NCBI RefSeq assembly: GCF_001945605.1
Contig: NZ_MPKA01000094.1
Coordinates: forward strand, 1-15,903
Direction of reading: 5' to 3'
From: Dubosiella newyorkensis
GTDB lineage: Bacteria > Bacillota_I > Bacilli_A > Erysipelotrichales > Erysipelotrichaceae
Length of the DNA stretch: 15,903 bases
This document shows, piece by piece, positions 8,159 to 15,882 of the stretch. Positions within the stretch are counted from its first letter, which is position 1. Every line of letters begins with the position of its first letter. Position numbers and translations under genes: made by a program. Under the pieces are notes generated by a model. It was not told the DNA's origin, searched no databases, and worked only from the letters and a program-made list of their open reading frames with translations.

Positions 8159-9403
8159 TTACACCTCACTATCTTTATAATTCATACTCAAAATACCACC
8201 TAGGCCGAAGCTGTAAATAATAAATATCATTATTTCTTCCGTTGATTGTAAAGTTATATTATTTAGGAAAACCATGGCTACAACTCCAAAAAAGAGAATT
8301 AGTTTCAATTTATCCCTATTAGAAGCTATTTTATATTGCTTGTACCCTTTAAATAAAATAGAAAAGAATAAAATATAATATAAACTAAACCCGACAATTC
8401 CTAACTCGCATAAATGCTTTAAAATTCCGCTTTCTGTTACTCCAATAGATTCTATTCCCCAAGAACCCGTTTTAGATGGACCAATCCCAAAAATTGGAGA
8501 TTCTTTAAAATAATTAAGTGCCTCACTCCAAAATTTAAGTCTTCCAACATTTCCCGCATCTCCAGTCCAATTTATTATTTGCCGAATTCTATATAAAAAA
8601 TAGTCAATTGAGGAGTTTCCTGTTTTAATATTACTTAATAGAATAAAAATTATCAGACAAATGGCTACGATAATAATAATATTTGCCATTATTTTTCGTT
8701 TATCGTGTTTTTTTAATAGATTATTTTTGAAAATATACATAAAAAAAATAGCAACTACAGTAGATACTAATGGTCCGCGGGATGACGTGGTAAGTATTGA
8801 TAGAATATTAAATCCAGATATTAATAAATAGTTTTTATTTTTCATTGTAAGATATAAATAAAAACTAATTATTCCGAAGAATCCTAAAACTACTCCATGT
8901 GAAAGAAAGGATCTAGAAAATACCGCTGATCTAAATCCAATATAATTTCCATAAGTAATTATATTTGCAAACGATCCTACAAGGTAGCTTTTACTTATCC
9001 ACTCATACCAAGAAAGAATAGAAATAATAATTCCTAACTCTGAAATGATTTTACATGTTTTAATAAAATCCGCTTTTTTTATATAATATGCCATTGAAAA
9101 TATAAAGCTGGTATACAAAATATATTCATATAATGATCGCTGAATTTGAGCAAAAGAATTCTGACAAATTCCATTTATCAATATATATATAGAAAATGTT
9201 CCATAAAGAAATAAATATATTATTTTTTGTTTATTCAAAGATTTAGTAAAAAAATTCACAAATCCATTAAATAAAATTAGAATAGAAATAATTTCAAAAA
9301 TATATGGAACGCTCTTATCCCATAACATTTTTGTAAGAAAATATAACATTAAAAAAACCAGTGGGATATTATTTTTTCGGATAACCATTTTTCTTCCTAT
9401 CAT
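8159..9403 (-). CDS. wzy: Wzy-type repeat-unit polymerase (O-antigen ligase/polymerase family membrane protein)
   Basis: 414 aa and polytopic (about 10 or more hydrophobic segments). Has a central TSSRGPLVS motif and a larger loop (...WTGDAGNVGRLKFWSEALNYFKESPIFGIGPS...) characteristic of the Wzy_C/O-antigen ligase domain. It lies between GT genes and wzx. Confidence 0.75.
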   Translation of the reverse strand: MIGRKMVIRKNNIPLVFLMLYFLTKMLWDKSVPYIFEIISILILFNGFVNFFTKSLNKQKIIYLFLYGTFSIYILINGICQNSFAQIQRSLYEYILYTSFIFSMAYYIKKADFIKTCKIISELGIIISILSWYEWISKSYLVGSFANIITYGNYIGFRSAVFSRSFLSHGVVLGFFGIISFYLYLTMKNKNYLLISGFNILSILTTSSRGPLVSTVVAIFFMYIFKNNLLKKHDKRKIMANIIIIVAICLIIFILLSNIKTGNSSIDYFLYRIRQIINWTGDAGNVGRLKFWSEALNYFKESPIFGIGPSKTGSWGIESIGVTESGILKHLCELGIVGFSLYYILFFSILFKGYKQYKIASNRDKLKLILFFGVVAMVFLNNITLQSTEEIMIFIIYSFGLGGILSMNYKDSEV

Positions 9404-9937
9404 ATCATTTCCCTTTCTTCAAATTTATAAGAATAATTCCTGGTATATTCATCCCTATAGCTAAAAAACCGCTAAACTCTTGTATCTCCGAGGTTTTGTG
9501 ATTTTATTGTTATACCGAAGGGAGATGTTATTTTTAGGTAAGGTTCTTTTGCAATATAATTAACCAAAACCACTAAAAAGAAACCATACTTTTCCGAATA
9601 GAGTCATAAAAGGTGGAACGATCATCCAGCATGTAAAGAAGAAGACATTGTTCTTAAGCAGCGCTTATACAAGACAAGAACTATTTCCTACAAATGGTAG
9701 AAATTATTCAACTAGAATAATAACAAGAGCCATAGAAGTCGGATAGATGCAAATCTGCTTCTTTCGTCACGTAGTTTCCTCAATAAAACTTGTGATTCTA
9801 TGACTTGAAGGACGACCATAGATACTGCCGAGTTCAAATCTCCTTCATGAATAATTCAGGCTCTTAAATATACAGACATGCGAATTATTATTCATATTTT
9901 TATCTACTCAAGAATTATTTACTAATAAATATTTAAA
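9404..9937. other. 534-bp non-coding spacer with core-like GC inside the low-GC cassette (possible gene or IS remnant)
   Basis: No ORF in the track. Sampled lines 9601-9660 and 9781-9840 are about 38% GC, against about 20-25% in the flanking genes. Plus-strand frame 3 (9564..9851) is open apart from three in-frame stops. Confidence 0.5.
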
Positions 9938-11029
9938 TTATAGTTTTCTATAATAATCTAAATACTCTTCTCTGAATTTATTTAAAGAGAAATATTTTAT
10001 ATAATACTCATAGGCATTTTTATTCATTATTTTTAATTTATCACGATTGTCATACATAAAATGAATAGAGTCAGCAATAGACAATGGATCTTTTGTTTTT
10101 GCTAGCAATCCATTAATGCCATGCTTAATTACTTCTCTAGTCCCATCTATATCCGTTCCTATCACTGCTTTTTTTACTGAAAAAGCTTCCATAGGTGTAA
10201 GTGGCAATCCTTCATAAATCGAAGTGAGGACAAGTACATCACATTGAGCGATAGTATTTTTTATATCATTTCTAAATCCTAAAAAAAATACAGATTTGTC
10301 CAAACGTTTTTCTTTCACAAGCTCTATTAAATAGTCCTTTAATGGACCATTCCCTACAATATAAAAACGAATCTTCAACCCTCTATCAATTAATATCTTT
10401 GCTGCTTCAATAAAATACTTCATACCTTTTTGTGGATGTAAACGTGCAGAATTCATTACGATAAAATATCCTTTATCTTTTGCTTCTTTAATCTCATTTA
10501 TAATATTTAGTTTTCCATCAAAAGAATCAACCGCATTATAAATTGTAACCACTTTTGTTGGATCTAACTTAAAATATTTAGTCAAATTCTCTTTCGCCTT
10601 ATCTCCATCTGCTATAAGATTTATATTATTTAATACCGAATGAGAAAATTGCCTTTTATTCGAATATATAGTATGGTTGTTATAAATAATTATTTTATTT
10701 TTTGCAATGAGTTTCGCGAATAGAACTGCCATTCTATGATGACAATGAATTACGTTTATATCATTTTTTTCTATCAAATCTTTTAGCTGATGAATTGTCA
10801 TTCTAATATCTTTTGGATTTTTTGAGCTTAAATTAGGAATTGTAAAATGTGGTATATTACTTTCCGATAATTTTTTCTCATAAACCCCACCTATAGACGC
10901 TACAGCAACATATGAAAAATATTCTTTTCCAAGTAACGATAGTTGATATATGATTTTTTGAACCCCACCAATATCAATATTATTTGTAATATGTAAAACT
11001 CTAATTCTATTGTATTCCATTTTTATCAT
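9938..11029 (-). CDS. GT-B fold glycosyltransferase, family 4
   Basis: N-terminal RVLHITNNIDIGGVQK, and C-terminal LTSIYEGLPLTPMEAFSVKKAVIGTDIDGTREVIKHGINGLL (an EX7E-type motif region). Confidence 0.85.
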   Translation of the reverse strand: MIKMEYNRIRVLHITNNIDIGGVQKIIYQLSLLGKEYFSYVAVASIGGVYEKKLSESNIPHFTIPNLSSKNPKDIRMTIHQLKDLIEKNDINVIHCHHRMAVLFAKLIAKNKIIIYNNHTIYSNKRQFSHSVLNNINLIADGDKAKENLTKYFKLDPTKVVTIYNAVDSFDGKLNIINEIKEAKDKGYFIVMNSARLHPQKGMKYFIEAAKILIDRGLKIRFYIVGNGPLKDYLIELVKEKRLDKSVFFLGFRNDIKNTIAQCDVLVLTSIYEGLPLTPMEAFSVKKAVIGTDIDGTREVIKHGINGLLAKTKDPLSIADSIHFMYDNRDKLKIMNKNAYEYYIKYFSLNKFREEYLDYYRKL

Positions 11030-11034
11030 ACTTT

Positions 11035-11952
11035 CTATATAATTCCCATTAACACTCTAATTTTATAAGAAATTAATGCTCTTTTATTATTTGAAACGGT
11101 ACGAGAATCTTTTATTATATTCATTTTAGCAATTAAGCTCTTATGGCTTTTAATGATATCATTAAGATAATCTTCATCTTTCTTATCAAGATTATTACAA
11201 TGTCTCAATATTTCAGCCGCAAACTTTGATGTACTATATTTATTTTTTTCTCCAAACCATAATGAAATAGACTGTTTCATCCTTAATAATCTATTTTTTC
11301 CGTTTTTTGCCACTACATTATTTCTATGAACTCTATATGAAAAAATCGGATTTGTGTTATATATAATCTCTCCATTGCTCAAGGCTAATATAGTTACTAA
11401 TATATCATGCATAGGAATATAATTAAAATTTGAATTTCTTATTATAGAAAATAATTCTTTATTAAACACCATAGAGCATCCTTGTATACTGCCACAAATT
11501 AATTGTGAAGGAATAGTGAATATTGGATTGCTTTTCTGTAATTTTTGTTGTATTACTTCATTGTTTTCATTAATTATTCTGCAATTTGACGCCCATAATG
11601 TTGGCTTTCCAGTAACATTGTGATCTAATGCTTTAATTGCTGTTGATAATTTATATTTATCCCATATATCATCCTGATCAACAAATGCATAATAGTCAGC
11701 CTCAGGTGCATTAGATATTAATTCCAAAAAACTTGCACAAACTCCTAAATTCTTTTCACCCTTAATAATATGAAGTTTAAAGTTATCATATTTCTTATTA
11801 AGTATAAAAAGCGTATCATCAAAGCTTCCATCATCTCTCACAATAATTTCGATCTCTAGATTCTGAGCATCTTGATTGTTTATACTATCCAACTGAGATT
11901 TAAGAAATTTACTCCCATTGAATGTAGAAAGCAAAATAATAATTTTTTTCAT
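11035..11952 (-). CDS. GT-A fold glycosyltransferase, family 2
   Basis: LSTFNGSKFLKSQLDSINNQ ... IIVRDDGSFDDT ... FVDQDD (DxD) signatures. The ATG overlaps the upstream stop as TAATG. Confidence 0.85.
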   Translation of the reverse strand: MKKIIILLSTFNGSKFLKSQLDSINNQDAQNLEIEIIVRDDGSFDDTLFILNKKYDNFKLHIIKGEKNLGVCASFLELISNAPEADYYAFVDQDDIWDKYKLSTAIKALDHNVTGKPTLWASNCRIINENNEVIQQKLQKSNPIFTIPSQLICGSIQGCSMVFNKELFSIIRNSNFNYIPMHDILVTILALSNGEIIYNTNPIFSYRVHRNNVVAKNGKNRLLRMKQSISLWFGEKNKYSTSKFAAEILRHCNNLDKKDEDYLNDIIKSHKSLIAKMNIIKDSRTVSNNKRALISYKIRVLMGII

Positions 11953-12431
11953 TAATTTTCCTCACATATGTCCTCTTTTATAATTTCCCCGGCTTTGATA
12001 TATTGATTCTTTCCAACTATTATAGGTCCGAAAAGCATAGCATTTGAATAAATTATTACGTTATCTTCTATTATTGGTTGAGTAATTATACTATCATTTA
12101 ACAATCTTTCTTTTCCTGATCCTCCTATTGTCACTCCTTGATATACAGTAAGTTTACCTAATGACTTAACGTTCATTCCAATTACAATTCCTAATCCATG
12201 TTTTATTACCAAACCACCTGCTAAGTCAGCACGATAGTCTATATCAACCGAAAATAAGAATCTATTAAGATACCAAATAAGTTTTGATAGAAATGACAAA
12301 TGTATACGATATAAAAAATTAGACAACCTATATAAACAAATCAAATGAAAGCATGGATTCGTTAATAAAGTTACTATAGCTTTCTTTGTAGAACCTCGAC
12401 TAAATTCATGTAAATCTTTCCATATTCGCAT
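11952..12431 (-). CDS. Hexapeptide-repeat (LbH) acetyltransferase, serine-acetyltransferase/WcaB-like; putative polysaccharide O-acetyltransferase
   Basis: DIDYRADLAGGLVIKHGLGIVIGMNVKSLGKLTVYQGVTIGGSG... is the left-handed beta-helix core seen in CysE-like sugar O-acetyltransferases. It sits in a polysaccharide locus. Confidence 0.75.
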   Translation of the reverse strand: MRIWKDLHEFSRGSTKKAIVTLLTNPCFHLICLYRLSNFLYRIHLSFLSKLIWYLNRFLFSVDIDYRADLAGGLVIKHGLGIVIGMNVKSLGKLTVYQGVTIGGSGKERLLNDSIITQPIIEDNVIIYSNAMLFGPIIVGKNQYIKAGEIIKEDICEEN

Positions 12432-12447
12432 TTATATATACCTTTTC

Positions 12448-12909
12448 TTAATGTTCAATAAAGTCTTCTATACTTCTTATTATCCTGGATGTATTGCTCT
12501 TATACTTGTCAAATTTAGTATTTTTAGCCACATTTATTGCTTTTCCTAAATCACCATCTAAACAGGCATAGATCAAATTTAAGTTTCTAAATTGTTTAAT
12601 TAGCTGAACTTGATGGTCGTCTACGTGTTCTCCGAATTTCTTCAACCTAGGTATCGCAATTACTTTTTTACCTTTTTTCAATGCACTGATAATTGCTCCG
12701 GTACCACCATGTGTAATAACAATATTAGCTCTATCTTCCCACATATTAAATTCTTCTCGATCAAGAAAATCTATATATTTATAATTTTGTGGTTTATAAT
12801 CACTGTAGCCAATTTGGGCAAATATCTCTTCTTCTATTTGTAGTTCATCTATAGCCTTCAATAATCTATTAAATTGAAATTTTTGAGACCCTAAAGTTAC
12901 GAATATCAT
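12448..12909 (-). CDS. Alg13-like / Cps14G-type glycosyltransferase catalytic subunit (Glyco_tran_28_C type)
   Basis: MIFVTLGSQKFQFNRLLKAIDEL ... ITHGGTGAIISALKKGKKVIAIPRLKKFGEHVDDHQVQL closely follows the pneumococcal Cps14G / eukaryotic Alg13 pattern. The start is set at ATG 12909 (a TAATG overlap with the upstream stop). The track's 19-aa extension to 12966 lies inside the upstream gene. Confidence 0.85.
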   Translation of the reverse strand: MIFVTLGSQKFQFNRLLKAIDELQIEEEIFAQIGYSDYKPQNYKYIDFLDREEFNMWEDRANIVITHGGTGAIISALKKGKKVIAIPRLKKFGEHVDDHQVQLIKQFRNLNLIYACLDGDLGKAINVAKNTKFDKYKSNTSRIIRSIEDFIEH

Positions 12910-13382
12910 TAGTAAATACCTCCAAGATAAATGGCATCCGGATAGAATATTTTCATAGATTCCCACTGTACATAGAATTGGTCTGCAAATCTATAAAGTA
13001 ACTTTCCAGTCTTTGTTGGAGATGATACTTTTGCAAATGATTCTATATAAATCAATTTCCCACCCAATATCTTTACTAAAAGACAGAGTGGAATCATAGC
13101 AAGAACACCAGTAGTGATAATTACTTCAGGCCTTTCATCAACAACTATTTTTAAACTTTTAAAAGTATTTATAACCATCCATATCGGCATGCTCCATTCT
13201 TTACGATTTACTTGATGAAGGAAATACATTTTTTCATCTTTGATTGAAGCTTTATATGTCGTTTTTTCAGCTACAACAAAACTATCATATTTATCCATGA
13301 GTGGTTTTAACATGGAAAGTTGTTCAAAATGTCCACCCGAAGAAGCTGCGAAACATACCTTTATTTCCTGATTTCTATTCAC
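12909..13382 (-). CDS. Alg14-like / Cps14F-type membrane-anchoring glycosyltransferase subunit
   Basis: KVCFAASSGGHFEQL ... RPEVIITTGVLAMIPLCLL ... LIYIESFAKVSSPTKTGKLLYRFADQFYVQWE matches the Alg14/Cps14F pattern. GTG start in a GTGA overlap with the epimerase stop. Confidence 0.82.
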   Translation of the reverse strand: MNRNQEIKVCFAASSGGHFEQLSMLKPLMDKYDSFVVAEKTTYKASIKDEKMYFLHQVNRKEWSMPIWMVINTFKSLKIVVDERPEVIITTGVLAMIPLCLLVKILGGKLIYIESFAKVSSPTKTGKLLYRFADQFYVQWESMKIFYPDAIYLGGIY

Positions 13383-14350
13383 TTTATCACCATTTCCTTT
13401 TCCATAAATGAAACAGTTTTCTTAATTCCGTCTTCGAGGCTAACCGGATTCAATTTACCATAATATTTCTCATATCTGCTTATATCTAAGTAGTTGACTG
13501 GAACATCAACAGATCGTCCGTTTTTATAAACAACTTGAATATCTTTACCTACTACTTTTTTTACAGTTTCTAATACTTCTTTAATCGATATTCCGTATCC
13601 ACATCCAAGATTAAACGTACGGTATTTGTTTTCGCCATTAACAATATTAAGTATAGCTCTAACTACATCATCAATATATATAAAATCTCTTATTACTGTT
13701 CCATCTCCAAAAATTTGAATCTCTTCACCTTTTAAAGCTTTATATGTAAAAGTAGTCACAGCTCCCAAAACTCCATTGGGTCTTTGATACGGACCATACG
13801 GATTTGTAAGACGAATAATCCTATAATCCATTCCGTACTTATAATTATAAAGATATAGTAACTTCTCTATCATAATTTTCTGTACTCCATAAGAAGAAAT
13901 AGGATTTGTTGGCGTATTTTCAGATAAAGGGCATTTATTTTCCCTACCATAAACAGTTCCCCCAGATGAGATAAACACCACTTTTTTCACCTCATTCTCA
14001 ACACAAGAATCTAATAGGTTAGAAGTAAATAATACATTAGCCTGTATATCCTGACTGATATGTTGATTAGATGTCGATGGAGTATTTGTACTTACTAGAT
14101 GATATATAATATCCTGGCCTTTTAAAATTGAAAAATCCATATTTTCATCTAGAGAAGACTCTTTAAATTTAACATTAGAGAAATTAAATTTTTTAATTTT
14201 TGAAAAGTAACTCATTTTTTTGTCTACAAGAGTTATTTGATCATCTTTGTTTTCAGCCAATTTAATTGTTAGATTTGTACCAATAAATCCAGCTGCTCCT
14301 AATATTAATATATTCATATCTAATTTTATCTGACCTTCATTTATATTCAA
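13379..14350 (-). CDS. NAD-dependent nucleotide-sugar epimerase/dehydratase (extended SDR, GalE-like)
   Basis: Rossmann motif [22 protein letters not shown], and catalytic YGVQK (YxxxK). The codon at 14350 is TTG, in a TTGA overlap with the ugd stop. The first ATG is at 14317 ([10 protein letters not shown]...) and is an equally plausible start. Substrate cannot be read from sequence (UDP-Glc/GlcNAc or UDP-GlcA 4-epimerase). Confidence 0.85.
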   Translation of the reverse strand: MNINEGQIKLDMNILILGAAGFIGTNLTIKLAENKDDQITLVDKKMSYFSKIKKFNFSNVKFKESSLDENMDFSILKGQDIIYHLVSTNTPSTSNQHISQDIQANVLFTSNLLDSCVENEVKKVVFISSGGTVYGRENKCPLSENTPTNPISSYGVQKIMIEKLLYLYNYKYGMDYRIIRLTNPYGPYQRPNGVLGAVTTFTYKALKGEEIQIFGDGTVIRDFIYIDDVVRAILNIVNGENKYRTFNLGCGYGISIKEVLETVKKVVGKDIQVVYKNGRSVDVPVNYLDISRYEKYYGKLNPVSLEDGIKKTVSFMEKEMVIK

Positions 14351-15585
14351 TCACATCTAAACAGATCCCTAGAATACACTTTCTCTTCTACATCATTAAG
14401 GTCTTCACTGAATCTGTTAGCAATAATTGCATAGCTTTTTTCTTTAAAATCTTCTAAGTTGTTGACTATCTTAGATCCAAAAAAGGTTGATCCATTCTCT
14501 AAAGTTGGTTCATAGACAATAACTTTTGCTCCTTTTGCTTTGATTCGCTTCATTACTCCTTGAATACTGCTTTGTCTGAAGTTATCTGAATTAGACTTCA
14601 TTGTTAGACGATATACTCCAATCGTTACTTCTTTTTCATGTTCCTTATTATAATTATTGTTGGTTTCGTAATTGTAGTATCCAGCTAATTGTAAAACCCG
14701 ATCTGCAATATAGTCTTTTCTCGTTCTGTTGCTTTCAACAATGGCACTCATCATGTTTTGTGGAACATCTTCATAGTTTGCTAAAAGCTGTTTTGTATCT
14801 TTTGGAAGGCAATATCCACCATATCCAAAGCTTGGGTTGTTGTAGTGGGTTCCGATTCTTGGGTCTAAACAAACACCTTCGATGATATCTTTTGTATTGA
14901 GTCCTTTTATTTCTGCATACGTATCTAATTCGTTAAAATATGAAACTCTTAATGCTAAATACGTGTTGGCGAAAAGTTTTACGGCTTCTGCTTCTGTCGT
15001 TCCCATAAAGAGCGTATCGATATCTTGCTTGATTGCCCCTTCTTGAAGAAGCTTAGCGAATTCTTTGGTTTTTTCTTCTGTTTCTTTACTTGTTCCTACA
15101 ATGATCCTGGAAGGATAGAGATTGTCATATAGTGCTTTTGATTCTCTCAAGAATTCAGGACTGAACAAGATATTATCGATTTGATATTTTTCTTTAATTG
15201 ATTCTGTATATCCGACAGGAATCGTTGATTTGATAACCATTGTGGCGTGAGGATTCACTTTCAAAACAGTTTCGATCACATTCTCAACTGCACTCGTATC
15301 GAAATGTTGTGTTTTTGAATCATAATTGGTAGGTGCTGCGATCACAACAAAATCAGCTTGCGAATACGCTTCTTCAGCATTCGTTGTTGCCGTAAGATCC
15401 AATTCTTTTTCGGCTAAATACTTTTCTATATAATCATCTTGGATCGGACTGATCCTTTGGTTGATCAATTCAACTTTTTCAGGAACGATATCGACTGCTA
15501 TCACTTTGTTATGTTGCGCTAATAAAGTCGCGATTGAAAGGCCAACATAACCAGTTCCCGCTACAGCTATCGTATAGTTGCTCAT
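14347..15585 (-). CDS. ugd: UDP-glucose 6-dehydrogenase
   Basis: N-terminal [11 protein letters not shown] Rossmann motif, catalytic Cys loop [15 protein letters not shown], and C-terminal [28 protein letters not shown] as in HasB/Cps3D-type enzymes. ATG start with a strong SD. Confidence 0.92.
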   Translation of the reverse strand: MSNYTIAVAGTGYVGLSIATLLAQHNKVIAVDIVPEKVELINQRISPIQDDYIEKYLAEKELDLTATTNAEEAYSQADFVVIAAPTNYDSKTQHFDTSAVENVIETVLKVNPHATMVIKSTIPVGYTESIKEKYQIDNILFSPEFLRESKALYDNLYPSRIIVGTSKETEEKTKEFAKLLQEGAIKQDIDTLFMGTTEAEAVKLFANTYLALRVSYFNELDTYAEIKGLNTKDIIEGVCLDPRIGTHYNNPSFGYGGYCLPKDTKQLLANYEDVPQNMMSAIVESNRTRKDYIADRVLQLAGYYNYETNNNYNKEHEKEVTIGVYRLTMKSNSDNFRQSSIQGVMKRIKAKGAKVIVYEPTLENGSTFFGSKIVNNLEDFKEKSYAIIANRFSEDLNDVEEKVYSRDLFRCD

Positions 15586-15590
15586 AAGTT

Positions 15591-15599
15591 CCCTCCCTC
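15591..15599 (-). promoter_or_regulatory. Shine-Dalgarno site of ugd
   Basis: The minus strand reads AGAGGGAGGGAACTT-ATG, placing the GGGAGGG core 5 nt upstream of the start. Confidence 0.7.
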
Positions 15600-15683
15600 T
15601 ATATAAACATTACTAGTTAGGTAACAAAATATTACTTGTCAATAATAACACAGTTTATGGAATTTCAAGCATAAAATTCTAAT

Positions 15684-15715
15684 ATTATAGGAAGAATCAT
15701 TCACTTTTCAGTCAA
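15684..15715 (-). promoter_or_regulatory. Candidate sigma-A promoter for the ugd-led operon (weak call)
   Basis: The minus strand has a perfect TATAAT (15689..15684) and TTGACT (15715..15710), but the spacer is 20 nt, which is too long for an optimal promoter. An alternative TTGACA (15642..15637) has only a poor -10 (TAACTA). The real promoter may lie outside the window. Confidence 0.25.
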
Positions 15716-15852
15716 ATCGCTTTAAAAAGTTATAGAAAACTCGGGAGTTTTACAGTTTGCAAAAACATAAGCCCCTTTTTTCTTAAAATGTCCCATATAA
15801 TATCAATCTCTTTTTCTTCTGGATACTTATTTGCTTTTTTTTCTCCTCTTTC

Positions 15853-15882
15853 GTGACAATGTCCTCTCATTGTCGCTTTTTT
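15853..15882 (+). terminator. Intrinsic-terminator-like hairpin on the plus strand, opposite in orientation to the operon
   Basis: GTGACAATG (15853..15861) pairs with CATTGTCGC (15868..15876): a 9-bp stem with one G.U pair and a 6-nt loop TCCTCT. It is followed by TTTTTT (15877..15882). No T-run follows it on the minus strand, so it is unidirectional. Confidence 0.45.

Noticed and set aside
9826-9850. tRNA-like T-arm motif GCCGAGTTCAAATCTCCTTCA on the plus strand, inside the 534-bp spacer. It suggested a tRNA gene or an att-site remnant.
   Set aside because: The T-stem would have only 3 bp (GAG/CTC). No complementary acceptor 5' strand (TTCATGA) lies about 65 nt upstream, and no cloverleaf can be drawn. 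At best it is a degenerate fragment.
12610-14885. Plus-strand ORFs 12610..12843 and 14601..14885.
   Set aside because: They are antisense shadows of the Alg13-like gene and ugd, with no motifs and no SD.
15788-15856. 22-codon plus-strand ORF (MSHIISISFSSGYLFAFFSPLS) ending inside the plus-strand terminator. This is type I toxin-like in size and hydrophobicity.
   Set aside because: It has no ribosome-binding site upstream (CCCCTTTTTTCTTAAA-ATG), no charged C-terminus and no supporting antisense element. It is too short to separate from chance.
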